From: Malacoraja senta
Taxonomy: Eukaryota
Length of the DNA stretch: 64,000 nt
Assembly: GCA_038087875.1 (NCBI GenBank)
Contig: CM075991.1
Span: forward strand, 8,868,001 to 8,932,000
Direction: 5' to 3'
Made by a program: the position numbers and the translations under genes. This document shows, piece by piece, positions 12,236 through 26,159 of the stretch. The stretch's first letter is position 1, and each line of letters starts with the position of its first letter. The notes under the pieces were generated by a model. The model was not told the origin of the DNA, made no database searches, and saw nothing but the letters and a program-made list of their open reading frames with translations.

Positions 12236-12488
12236 GGGGTGGCACTGTGGTGCAGTGGTGGAGTTGCTGCCTCACACCGCCACAGACCTGGGTTCGAAGC
12301 CGACCACGGGTGCTGTCTGTACGGTGTTTTCCTCTCACATTCCAAAGGCGTGTAGGTTCGTAGATTAAATGGCTTCTGTAAATTGTCCTTAATGTGTCGG
12401 ATGGAACTAGTGTACAGGTGACTGGCGGTTGGCGCAGGCTCGGTGCACCAAAGGGCCTGTTTTCACGTTGCATCTCCCAACTAAACTA
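12236..12488 (+). mobile_element. HE1-like V-SINE
   Basis: Head GGGGTGGCACTGTGGTGCAGTGG, tail AAGGGCCTGTTTTCACG..(CTAAA)n. Confidence 0.75.
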
Positions 12489-12499
12489 ATCTCATATTC

Positions 12500-12687
12500 C
12501 TGTTTAAGAAGGAACTGGAGATGCTGGAAAATCGAAGGTAGACAAAAATGCTGGAGACACTCAGCGGGTGAGGCAGCATCTATGGAGCGATGGAAATAGG
12601 CAACGTTTTTCGAGCCGAAACGTTGCCTATTTCCTTGGCTCCATAGATGCTGCCTCAACCGCTGAGTTTCTCCAGCATTTTTGTCTA
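12500..12687. mobile_element. Penelope-derived fold-back insertion
   Basis: Inverted arms centred on CAACGTTTTTCGAGCCGAAACGTTG; duplicated CTAATCTCATATTC (12486-12499 / 12685-12698). Confidence 0.75.
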
Positions 12688-12987
12688 ATCTCATATTCTG
12701 CTTGGTTACCTTACAACCTAATTGCATGAACATTGAATTCTCCAATTTCCGGTAAGCAACATTTCTGGAGTTCTCCGACACACACTCACCTGTCAATTTG
12801 GATTTCGTTATCCTCCTAGTTCATAGAATTCATCCCCTCCCCTACCCCAACTCGATTCCTTTTGCCCATCACCACCCCGAACCCCTCTCCTCATCTGGTT
12901 TTACTTATCACCAACCAGTCTCTGTCCCACCCCTCCCTCATTATGCCACACAGCGGCAATCTTTCCTCTTCCCTCTCAGTCCCTGTC

Positions 12988-13518
12988 AGAAAGACATTAT
13001 AGCCATAGAGGGAGTGCAGAGAAGGTTGACCAGACTGATTCTTGGGATGTCAGGACTTTCATATGAAGAAAGACTGGATAGACTCGGCTTATACTCGCTA
13101 GAATTTAGGAGATTGAGAGGGGATCTTATAGAAACGTACAAAATTCTTATGGGGTTGGACAGGCTAGATGCAGGAAGATTGTTCCCGATGTTGGGGAAGT
13201 CCAGGACAAGGGGTCACAGCTTAAGGATAAGGGGGAAATCCTTTAAGACCGAGATGAGAAAAAACTTTTTCACACAGAGAGTGGTGAATCTCTGGAACTC
13301 TCTGCCACAGGGGGTAGTTGAGGCCAGTTCATTGGCTATATTTAAGAGGGAGTTAGATGTGGCCCTTGTGGCTAAAGGGATCAGCGGGTATGGAGAGAAG
13401 GCAGGTACAGGATACTGAGTTGGATGATCAGCCATGATCATATTGAATGGCGGTGCAGGCTCGAAGGGCCGAATGGCCTAATCCTGCACCTATTTTCTAT
13501 GTATCTATGTATCTATGT
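12988..13518 (+). mobile_element. young CR1 LINE, 5'-truncated (ORF2 C-terminus)
   Basis: Open frame KDIIAIEGVQRRLTRLILGMSGLSYEERLDRLGLYSLE..GYGEKAGTGY*, 3' hairpin and (CTATGTAT)n end; nearly identical to the 62501-63030 copy. Confidence 0.9.
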
Positions 13519-13547
13519 CCCGATGCAGGATCTTAACACAAACCGGA

Positions 13548-14374
13548 CCGGAAGTGGCGGTGCTGCCTTGCAGCTGCGGCTCGCCTGCAGTCCGTTTGTC
13601 TTTTATTTTATTTTGTTTTCTTTTGTCCGTTGTTGCGGTTTGTTTTGGTTTATTTTAGTTGTGTATGTGTGGGGGGGGGGGGGGTGGGAGAAGCGTGTTT
13701 TTTGGCTCTTCCTTCGGGGGCCGGGGGGGGATGCGACCTTTCTTGCCGTATCCCCCGTCTCCGTCTCCGTCTGCGCTGAGGCCTATTGCGGAGCTGGCGG
13801 CCTCCAACTGGGACCGACCTCGGGGCTCGGGAGGCAGAGACAGCCGGGACTTGACAGCACGGGGCTGGCCGACTTCGGGGCTGTGTGGTGGTGTTGCGAC
13901 CCGACTTCGGAGCCTCGGGGGCTCGGCGAGGGCCAGTGGACGACATCGTCGGGAGCTCGCAGGTCACAGGTTGGTGACCTGTTTTTCCGTAGCTCCCGCA
14001 ACAACAGCTGCGTCCGCTGGACTGGAAGGGCGGCAGCTCTCGACCCGGCCAGGGGCAGCGGAGTTTGAACCGGCCCGTTCGGATTCAGCCGCGGGACTTA
14101 CTTACCATCACCCGGCGGGGTCACAACATCGGAGACTCTGGATCACCTCAGCGCAGAGGGAGAGCAAGGAGGGAAGAGACATGGACTTTGGGACTTTTTG
14201 CCTTCCATCACAGTGAGGAGGTGCCTGGTGGACTCACTGTGGTGGATGGTAAACTGTGTTGAGTGTGTGTTTTTGTTATTTATTCTATGTTATGACTGCA
14301 GGCTAAACCATTTCGTTGCACTGGAAAAGTGCAATGACAATAATTGAATCAAAATCAAAATCAAATCAAATCAA
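13548..14374 (+). mobile_element. GC-rich non-autonomous retroelement, copy C
   Basis: Starts CCGGAAGTGGCGG; hairpin CCATCACAGTGAG..CTCACTGTGGTGG; tail ATTTCGTTGCACTGGAAAAGTGCAATGACAATAA(AAATC)n; same subfamily as copy D. Confidence 0.75.
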
Positions 14375-14914
14375 ATGTAGTCTTAGTTTAGTATTAGTTC
14401 AGATTAGAGAAACAGCATGAAAACAGGCCCTTTGGTCCACTGAGACAAGGCTGACCATCAATCACCTGTTTGCACTAGTTCTATGTTTATCCCACTTTCC
14501 CACTCCTGACACACTAGGGCAATCTCTCCTCACAATGTTATCGTAGAAACCACCGAAAATTGGTGCAGGACTAGGCCATTTCGGCCCTTCGAGCCAGCAC
14601 CGCCCATCCAATATGATCATGGCTGGTCATCCTAAATCAGTACCTCGTTCCTGCTTTTCTCCCCAAATCCATTGATTCTGTTAGCCCTGAGAGCTATATC
14701 TAACTCTCTCTTGAAAACATCCAGTGAATTGGCCTCCACTGCTCCTGGGGCAGAGAATTCCTTGGAATTATCCTTGGAATCTGTGTGTTTTGCTGTTGTA
14801 CCTTTGTCGCTGTCCCTCCAGTTCTATTGCACCCTTCCAAGGCTGCTCCTAGTGCTGCAGGTATGGTCTACCCTGAGCTTTGCATTCTGCCATATACTCT
14901 CGAGTAATACTAAT

Positions 14915-15747
14915 TAAGGTATGTTGGCATTCATTGCAAGAGGATTTGGGAACGAGAATAGAGACATCTTGCTCCAATTATAAAAAGCCCTGGTGAGATT
15001 GCATCTGGAAATATTGTACTCAAGTCCGATCTTCACACAAAAGTGTAAATAATACAAGCGAAGGTGGACAATGTTCACCAGCTTGATTCCTGGAGTGGGG
15101 TCTTGTTGTTTGAGGAGAAACATAGCAGATTGCGCTCATATTCTCAAGAGTTCAGAAAATGAAAGCTAATCTCAGTGAAATACATAACATTTTTAAGGGG
15201 CCAGACAAGGTAGACACAAAAATGCTGGAGTAACTCAGCGGGAGAGAGGCAGCATCTCTGGAAAGAAGGAATGGGTGACGTTTCGGGTCGAGACCCTTCT
15301 GCAGATACAAGGTAGATATGGGTTGTGTAGGAAGGAACTGCAGATGCTGGTTTAAAACCCGGATAGACACAAAATGCTGAACATTTCGGTCGAGATGTAG
15401 AAGGGTCCTTGACTAACCGCTGAGTTACTCAAGGAACTGCAGATGCTGGTTTGTACCGAAGGACAGGCACCAAGTGCTGGAGTACTCAGCGGGTCAGGCA
15501 GCATCTCTGGAGAAAAGGAACAGGTGACATTTCGGGTTGGAACCCTTCTTCAGACGGGTTATCACTTCCACTGGCTGGGAGTCTAGAACCAAGAACCATA
15601 ATCTCAAGAAAAGACTCATCCTTTTAAGACAATGATGAGTAGGATTTATTTTCCCAGCGGGCAATGAATCTCTGGAATTCTCTTCCCAGTTAAGCAGTTG
15701 TGGCTCAGTTATTAATTATATTCCAGAGATCCACAGATTTTCAAAAA

Positions 15748-15800
<53 letters not shown>

Positions 15801-15808
15801 AGAGAGAT

Positions 15809-15872
<64 letters not shown>

Positions 15873-15910
15873 AGGGAGGGAGGGAGGGAGAGAGGGAGAG
15901 AGGGAGAGAG

Positions 15911-15973
<63 letters not shown>

Positions 15974-16028
15974 GGGAGGGAGGAGAGGGGGGGGGAGGGA
16001 GGGAGGAGGGAGGGAGGGAGAGAGGAGA

Positions 16029-16079
<51 letters not shown>

Positions 16080-16131
16080 GGGGAGAGGGGAGAGGGGGAG
16101 AGGGGGAGAGAGAGGGAGAGAGGGAGAGAGA

Positions 16132-16180
<49 letters not shown>

Positions 16181-16280
16181 TCTATTCATATATAAATAAA
16201 TCAGCTATGATCTAATTGCATGGTGGTACAGGGACAATCTAATACATCAAATGGTCTATGCCTATTTCTATTTCCTATGT
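14915..16280 (+). mobile_element. old fragmented CR1 LINE with Penelope-terminus and (AG)n insertions
   Basis: Decayed GMLAFIARGF..LLQL.KALVR, later ESRT..NLWNSLP and a CR1 tail. Confidence 0.6.
15746..16180. repeat. (AG)n / (GGGA)n polypurine tract
   Basis: About 435 bp of nearly pure purine. Confidence 0.95.
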
Positions 16281-16850
16281 GACTCTACATTGTGATAAAG
16301 GGCGTTGTGAACTATTGTGGATAAAATGACTGTTGGGAGTGAAATACAGACCACCCTCTGTAGCATTGGGTTCCAATTGGGTTCTGATGCAGAGGGCATG
16401 GAATGTAAAAGCTGGAGACTTTTTCCATTGGAGTCTATTGTGTTCCATTAATTCTACGCCACCTCATAGAGCAATCCTCTGTCCCCTGAATGTTTCCTGT
16501 GTCCTATTCTCTCCACAAGGTCGTCAGTTCCTCCCAGATGTTAACGGTTCATCGACACACCAGGGGCTACTTGGAGCGGTCAATTAACCGACCAACCTGC
16601 ATGCCTTTGGGAGAAAACTGGAGCACTACACAGTCCGAGAGAGAATATGCAAACTCCACGCCAACCAGAGAGCGGGTCTGACCTACCATCTGCCACATGG
16701 ACTATCGGACTTCACTGGAATTTATCTTGCATTAAATGTTTTCCCTTAATCTTGTATCTGTACATTGTGGACGGCTTGAATGTAATCATGTATCTTCGCT
16801 GTCTGGTTGACATGCAACAAAAAGCTATTCATTGTACCTCAGTAGATAAT

Positions 16851-17030
16851 AATAAACCAAACTTAACAAAACTAAACTAAACTAAATTAAACTAAACCAA
16901 ACTAAACTAAACTAAACCAAACTAAACTAATCTAAACTAAACCAGATTAAACTAAACTAAACCAGACTAAACTAAACTAAACTAAACCAGACTAATCTAA
17001 ACAAATCAACCAGACTAATCTAAACAAATC
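16851..17030 (+). repeat. (CTAAA)n expanded retroelement tail
   Basis: Degenerate pentamer array directly after a Rex/Babar-type 3' end (16670-16850). Confidence 0.85.
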
Positions 17031-17489
17031 AGCACCTGGGGTCCAGATTGAACCTTGGTCACTAGAGCTATGAGGCAGCAGTTCTAATAGATGCACCATT
17101 GTGCTGTCATTATTTGAAACTCATGTCTGAAACTGCATGAGTGGATCCATAAAAAGCCACTTTACTGGAGGAACTGCGGTGGTGCAAGAAGGCAGTTCAA
17201 CATAACTTTCTCAAGAGCAACCGAGGATGGAGATGGATACTGTGACACCTGCATCTCATGGATAATTATAAACACCATCGATTCATCGACAACAAAACCA
17301 TCGGCTAACTCAGCGGCCTGTCCCAGAGCTTCTGCTGTGATGGAATAATTCAAGCTTCCTATTGAGCAGCTAATGCGCTCATTGAAAGCCAAACACAGAG
17401 CGGTAATTTGATCACAGCATGTCTTCAGTTTTTCACATGAAGCCATTGGGACACTTTCCCCATAATTACATTTGCAAATAACTCAGATT

Positions 17490-17775
17490 CCAGATTCAGG
17501 GACAGTTTCTTCCCAGCAGTTATCAGTCAATTGACCCATCCCACCAACAACTAGAGAACAGTCCTGAGCTACTATCTACCTCACTGGAGACCCTCGGATT
17601 TCTTTGATCAGACTTTATCGCACTAAACATCATTCACGTTATTCCCCTTATCGTGTATCGGTACACTGTGGACGGCTCGATTGTAATCATGTATTGTCTT
17701 TCCACTGGCTGGTTAGCACGCAACAAAAGCTTTTCACTGTACCTCGATACACGTGACAATAAACTAAACTCAAAC
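17490..17775 (+). mobile_element. Rex1/Babar-type LINE 3' end
   Basis: RFRDSFFPAVISQL followed by tail ..CACTGTACCTCGATACACGTGACAATAAAC. Confidence 0.75.
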
Positions 17776-17950
17776 TCAGAGAGGATGAAGCATCTTCCAG
17801 GCCTGCACTGGCTCAGGGTTGGAAACTCAATGCATGAGCTGGTTTCCTTCCCGCAGATTCTGCCTGACCTGCTGTGTGTTTCCGGCATTTTCTGTTCATG
17901 CTGCAGATAATCGTGTGGGTTTAAGGGTCGAAATTAGTAAAAAGAATTAA

Positions 17951-19884
<1,934 letters not shown>

Positions 19885-20186
19885 TACAAGTGGTCCTTCC
19901 CTCCAGCTAGAGCCAGGTAGTGAGCCATTTCTTTTAATCATAGAATGATAAGGGTGGTGCAGCGGTAGAGTTGCTGCCTTACAGCGCCGGTGACCCAGGT
20001 TCGATCCTGACTATGGGTCCTGTCTGTACGGAGTTTGTACGTTCTCCCCGTGACAATCAAGTCATCCACAGCGGGCTGATACAGTGATAAACGTTTAGTG
20101 CAAGATAAAGCCAGTAAAGTCCGATCAAAAATAGTCTGAGGGTCTTCAACAAGATAGATAGATAATGGTTCAGGATTGCTCTCTTG

Positions 20187-20367
20187 CTATATTTAAGAGG
20201 GAGTTAGATGTGGCCCTTGTGGCTAAAGGGATCAGAGGGTATGGAGAGAAGGCAGGTACAGGATACTGAGTTGGATGATCAGCCATGATCATATTGAATG
20301 GCGGTGCAGGCTCGAAGGGCCGAATGGCCTACTCCTGCACCTATTTTCTATGTTTCTATGTTTCTAT
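20187..20367 (+). mobile_element. young CR1 3' end inserted in a Rex-type tail
   Basis: Nearly identical to the end of the 12988-13518 copy; ends (CTATGTTT)n. Confidence 0.85.
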
Positions 20368-20522
20368 GTTGTTGGTAGGATGGTTTAGTTGCCTATTCAT
20401 TGTGGACGGCGCGATTGTAATCACGTTTTGTCTTTGCGCTGACTGCTTAGCACGCAACAAAAACTGTTCACTGTACCTTGGTACACGTGATAATAATAAT
20501 GAATGAATGAATGAATACTTGA

Positions 20523-21073
20523 AGGCTCTGTCTTACGGTGTTTGCGGTCATCGGCGGTGAAGCGCGGCTTCGCCTGTAGAGTGGACCGCACGGCAACGGC
20601 GAGAGCGCCGAGCCTATGCCACGGGAGCGCTGCACGAATGCTGCGCGGGGGCCGAGTGATTTAAATACGGCTGGTCCCACGTGCTTGCGGTAAGTTTAAA
20701 AAAGGGCGGGCCGACTGCGATGACGTCGGCACGCCGCACGTGACTCACTAGCGGCGGCTGTGGCGGCGGCCGTCCTGATCGCGGCGCTGTAGCGGTGGCT
20801 GTGCCGGCGGCCGTGCCGCACACGTGCCTCACTGGCGGAGGCTGTGGCGGTGCAAGTTCGACGCACGGCGCTCGAGCCACACTGGTGGAGGCTGTGCGGT
20901 AGGGACATATTTTTGAACAGTGTTGGTTTTATTTTAGCACCATGCGGTGTTGGGAACAACGCCGCACGGCCCCGGAATTGTGCGTTTGACCGAGTGCGCG
21001 GTCTATGGCGGCCCAGGAGCGGTAGATTCTTCCCGTTTCGCCGCCAATGACCGCAGACTCGTGAGGCAGGCCT
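20523..21073. mobile_element. CpG-rich Harbinger-like MITE
   Basis: Imperfect TIRs of about 40 bp (AGGCTCTGTCTTACGGTGTTTGCGGTCATCGGCGG / CCGCCAATGACCGCAGACTCGTGAGGCAGGCCT), flanks TGA/TTA; splits a repeat that is intact at 32908-33135. Confidence 0.7.
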
Positions 21074-22696
21074 TTAACTGTCACATGTAACAAGTCACAG
21101 TGACATTATTTGCTTGCATACCCAAGGTGTGCAAATAGTGGTCACATAAAGGGCGCTGCCAAAGTTACAATGTATACACAATATCCGCACTAGATCCCCT
21201 TTTGTTCTCCCTCCCCCTCACGGCAGTCCCCCCATGCCAGGACCTCCTTTGTTCCTTCCTATTTGTTTCTTCAATAAACTAAACTGGACTGAAAAAATAA
21301 TTTTCATGTTGGCCCCTGGAGGGTTGAAGTCAGTGTCCTTTCCGTTAACACTGCGCACACGGGAGATTGAACTGAAGCCTGCATGGTCCAATTGCACACA
21401 AGACATTTACAGTGGCTCACTGAGCCAACGGCATCACCCTTGGTGTTGTTGAGATGCTGCAGTGGGACTGGTTGACAGGATAATTACACCAGCTGGGACT
21501 CTGCCGAGGGATCGCATTGAGCTATTACACTCATCGATCCACACAACTGCGCACTCATTGGGGAAAGTTGTGCCGCAGTTTGTGATGAAGGCGTTGGAAA
21601 GCATTCACACGGAGATTACGCCGATATCATTACACTGCAATCTGCAGACCGGTTGTCGTCAGAGAGTGCTACAGTGTGGACACAGGCCCTTCGGCACAAC
21701 TTGCCCACGCCGGCCAACATGTTCCAGCTACACTAGCCCCACCTGCTTGCATTTAGTACATATCACTCCAAACCTGTCCTATCCATGTACTCTCCCCTCA
21801 CCCACCTTCATCCCCAAAGCCTGGGCACAATGGACAACAACATTGCCACAGAAGGCTGTGGAGGCCAAGTCAGTGGATATATTTAAGGCAGAGGTAGTAG
21901 ATTCTTGATTAGTGCGGGTGTCAGGGGTTATGCGGAGAAGGCAGGAGAATGGGGTTAGGAGGGAGAGATAGATCAGCCATGATTGACGTGTAGTAGACAT
22001 AGGTAGGAAGGGTAGGGTCTGAAGAAGGGGCTCGACCCGAAACGTTACCCATTCCTTCTCTCCAGAGATGCTGTCTGTCCTGCTGAGTTACTCCAGCATT
22101 TTGTGTCTACCTTTGTGTAGGAGACTTGATGGGCCAAATGGCCTAATTCTGCTCCTGTGACTTATGAACAATGTCCCTTAGATAGACACAAAGTGCTGGA
22201 GTAACTCAGCAGGTCAGGCAATGCAGGAAGGGCCGATATAAGGTAGGGTTATGTAGGAAGGAACTGCAGATGCTGGTTTATCCCAAAGATAGACACAACA
22301 TGCTGGAGTAACTCAGCGGGTCACGCAGCACCTCTGGAGAAAAGGAATGGGTGACGTTTCAGGTCGGAACTCATCTACAGACTGAAAGCTGGCGAAGGCC
22401 AGAACAAGATAGGGTCGGCCACAGATGACTTCAGGAAGGGTGGAGTCCATAATGACCCATTGTTGGCTGTCTAAGGACAGGGATATAATATGCTGACAGT
22501 GAACTAGTTCACTGGTGGTGGAGGCAGATAGAGACCTAGAAACATACAGCATGAAAACAGGCCATTCAGCCCAACTCATCCATGCCGACCAGGATGCCCC
22601 ATCTAAGCCAGTCCCATTTGCTTGCGTTTGGCATAAATATGATAGAACATAGGACAGCACAGCACAGGAATGGTGCGTGACATTTAAGAAACAGAC

Positions 22697-22731
22697 AGAG
22701 AAAGAGAGAGAGTGAAAGAGAAAGAGAAAGA

Positions 22732-22829
<98 letters not shown>

Positions 22830-22853
22830 AAAAGAAAGAAAGAAAGAAAGAAA

Positions 22854-22896
<43 letters not shown>

Positions 22897-22912
22897 GAGA
22901 GAGAAAAAGAGA
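22697..22912. repeat. (AG)n + (AAAG)n microsatellite; purine-rich sequence continues to about 23330
   Basis: Direct observation. Confidence 0.95.
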
Positions 22913-23971
22913 GGAGGTTGCAAAAGAAGGGTTTCGGCCCGAAACGTTGCCTATTTCCTTCGCTCCATAGATGCTGCTGCACCCGCTGAGTTTCTCCAGC
23001 ACTTTTATCTACCTGAGAAAAAGAGAGAAAGTGAGAGAGAGAGAGAAAGAAGAGAGAAAGAAGGATAAATAGCAAGTGGGAAAAGAGAAAGTGAGACAGA
23101 TAAAGAGAAAGAGGGAGAGAGTGGGGGAGAAAGAGTGTTGGAGGAGAGGGGAGGAGGGGGAGGGAGAGAGAAAGTGAGAATGAAATGGGACGGGAGAAGA
23201 GGCAGAGGAGGGAAGTTGAAAGGGAAAAAGGGAGGGGCATTAATGGAGATTAGGAGGTAGATCGAGTGATGGGGAGATGAAAGATAAGAAGGGAAAGATA
23301 AGATAAGTCGATCTAGAAGAGGATTGGATGTGGGGGATGGAACAGGATGACAATGAAAACAACAACACAAACTGAATGAACTGAGGCTGCCATTTGTAGA
23401 TACAAGGAACTGCAGATGCTGGAAACTTGCATAAAACACAAAGTGCTGGAGTAACTCAGCCAGTCAGGCTGCATCTGGAGGATATGGATAGGCAATGTTT
23501 CGGGTTGGGAATTTCATCAGACTGATTGTAGCGGGGGGGATGCTAATTAATGTTAAATTATACGACAAAGCTATTCTGAGAGAGATTAAGGTAGTGTCAA
23601 AAGAGCTGGACTTCAACTGGGGTCCCTATTTTAGGACCGATCAAGCAAAGGGGTTTGGCTTTGCTCATTAAATCCAAGAAAAATCTTAATTTAGTGCTAG
23701 CAGATCATTTAGGTGTACAAACAAGAAGGCTGGTAATTAACGCTAATTACATTTGCAAGTGCTCAGTTTCAGGAGTAATCATTGTTACGAATTTCAAAGT
23801 TTACCTACATGGCAGTGACAACACCCACACTAAAGTTAACTCTGTACAACATGATCCTGTAACAATGGAATATGGTAGTTTAGTTCAGAGATACAGCGCA
23901 GAAACAGGCCCTTCGGCCCACCGAGTCCACACCGACCAGCAATCCCCGCACATTAACACTATACGACATTA

Positions 23972-24873
23972 AGGGCCTGTCCCACTTAGGCGACTCTTTA
24001 GGTGACTTCCAGGGACTAGTTTTAATGGAATTCACCTACGACACCTGGCGACAACCTACGTCAACCTACGACAACCTACATGTGAGACCACCAGGGGCGC
24101 TGGGGAGATGGCCAGCCCTGCCGGCAGTCCGTTCTATTTTTCATCTTTTGTTATTTTTAGCGCCTGTTAAGAGTTTGTTTTAATGTTCTACGGTTTGGTT
24201 TATGTGGGGGATCGGGGGAAACTTTTTTTCAAGTTCTTACCTTCCCGGAGATGTGATCATTTTTCGGATCACATTCTCTGGGCGCTCTGCGGCCTACCAT
24301 CGCTGGAGCTGGGAGCCGCCTCGGACTGTCGTGAGCCCCACCGCGGGGCGCGGACTTAAAAATCGGAGCGGATCCCTTGCCTGGGATCGCTCCCACCGTG
24401 GCCTGCGGATTTGCCATCAAGGTCTCGCAGTCACGGGAGACGCTAGTCGGGAGCTCCAACGCCGCGGAATGTTCGACCAGCTCCGACGCGAGGTTCGATC
24501 GCCCGGCGCGGGGGAGCTGACAACCCCCCCTGATGCAGGAGCTGATCGCCTCAACGCGGAGGGCCCGAACGCCGCCGGCTATGGGAGTCAAGATCGTCCC
24601 GTCAACGGAGGGCTCGAGGCCCCTGACCGAGGAAGAACAAAAGGGAAGGCCTTGAACTTTATTTAGCCTTCCATCACGGTGAGGAATGTCACTGTGGTGG
24701 ATGTTCATGTTAAAATGTGTTTTTGAGTCTGTTGCTTTTAATTGTATGACTGACCTGGCCAGTGAAATTCCTCGTATGTTGCAAATCATACTTGGCGAAT
24801 AAAATCTGATTCTGATTCTGATTCTGACAACCTACGACAGCAAATTTTTTTGCCATTGTAGCCAAAAAAATTC
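23972..24873. mobile_element. Harbinger-type MITE (one TIR lost), interrupted
   Basis: TTA+AGGGCCTGTCCCACTTAGGCGAC; reverse relative of 1280-1478; resumes at 24827 with ACAACCTACGACAGC. Confidence 0.7.
24081..24826 (+). mobile_element. GC-rich non-autonomous retroelement, copy F ((TCTGAT)n tail)
   Basis: Head CCACCAGGGGCGCT..ATGGCCAGCC, hairpin CCATCACGGTGA..TCACTGTGGTGG, tail ..CATACTTGGCGAATAAAA(TCTGAT)n. Confidence 0.75.
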
Positions 24874-25197
24874 ATGTCTTTGGAGTGTGGGAGGAAACCA
24901 GAGAAAACCCACGTGGTCACAGGGAGAACGTACAAATTCTGTACATACGCCACCCGTAGTCAGGATCGAACCCGGGTCTCCGGCAGCAACTCTACCGCTG
25001 CACCACCGTGCCGCCCTGGCATGTGTTATTGTTCATTATATTATTGTACTATTGATTATTAGGTCAAAAGGTCAAAAGTGATAGGAGCAGAATTAGGCCA
25101 TTCGGCCCATCTAGTCACAAAATGCTGGAGTAACTCAGCGGGTCAGATAGCATCAGTGGAGAGAGGGAATAGGTGACGTTTCGGGTCGAGAGCCTTC

Positions 25198-25535
25198 TTA
25201 CATAGAAACATTGAAACATAGATACATAGAAACATAGAAAATAGGTGCAGGAGGAGGCCATTCGGCCCTTCGAGCCAGCACCGCCATTCATTGTAATCAT
25301 GGCTGATCGTCCCCTATCAATAACCCGTGCCTGCCTTCTCCCCATATCCCTTGACTCCACTAGCCCCTAGAGCTCTATCTAACTCTCTCTTAAATCCATC
25401 CAGTGACTTGGCCTCCACTGCCCTCTGTGGCAGGGAATTCCATAAATTCACAACTCTCTGGATGAAAACGTTTTTTCTCACCTCAGTCTTAAATGACCCC
25501 CCCCCCCCTTTATTCTAAGACTGTGGCTCCTGGTC
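25198..25535 (-). mobile_element. CR1 3' end
   Basis: (CATAGAAA)n tail and NLWNSLP region; same subfamily at 48328-48674 and 58668-58953. Confidence 0.8.
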
Positions 25536-26159
25536 TGTGGCTCCTGGACTGTGGCTTCTTCTCCCCAGTCTACTCCGTCATTCGATCATAGGAGGGAGAT
25601 CTATCTCTCCCTCCTAACCCCATTCTCCTGCCTTCTCCCCATAACCCCTGACACATTACCGTGTATTTATCAGTGTGTCATTGTGTTAATGGGTGCAGCA
25701 AGAAAGCATTTCATTATTACGTCGTCGGCATAAATGACAATGAAACACTCTTGCCACAACCTAATAATGTTGGACTCATGGCTGGGGAACGTGAGCCACA
25801 TGGATAATTGGAAACCATTTGGAGATATTTGTTTATTTGATGGTAATGACTTTGCTCCTGTTGTTGGTCTTTGATCAGGCTGCTGTTTGACACACTCAAT
25901 GCCATATGTTCTGTGGCATCGCACATGCCAGAGACCCGGAAGATGCATTGTAGATGTAAAAGGAAGCAGATGCAATCAGTGAGATGGTCCCCATGCTGAG
26001 GGCACAGCTGGTGAGAGGCACACATACCCCAGAGCTCCCTCCATGTGCAGTGCGCGGTGTCTAAGTTCCTCCAAGCTCCCAGCTTCAGACAAAATGTGCC
26101 ACTGTTTAGTTTAGAGATACAGCTATTCAAGCTACAGGCTCTCCATCACCTTCTCAACT

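Larger units (their letters stand above)
11730..12982 (+). mobile_element. degenerate Penelope-like element (GIY-YIG endonuclease C-terminus plus pseudo-LTR), three nested insertions
   Basis: GLLYVGETKHRL at 11730, ..HHFNAPSHPHTNLSVFALVHC.. at about 12130, LIFCLVTLQPNCMNIEFSNFR* ending about 12755. Interrupted by CR1 (11768-12070), HE1 (12236-12488) and a fold-back unit (12500-12687). Confidence 0.75.
23877..25017 (-). mobile_element. HE1-like SINE carrying a nested MITE and a GC-rich element
   Basis: Tail 23877-23968, V-domain and head 24874-25017. Confidence 0.75.

Noticed and set aside
12798..13418. 206-aa ORF as a gene
   Set aside because: Chance read-through from a Penelope UTR into a truncated CR1 ORF2.
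15716..16189. ER-repeat and LS-repeat ORFs (also 22313-23439)
   Set aside because: Translations of (AG)n and (AAAG)n tracts.
21462..21908. 148-aa ORF partly in unique sequence
   Set aside because: No recognisable homology or convincing splice signals, and the second half is CR1-tail sequence.
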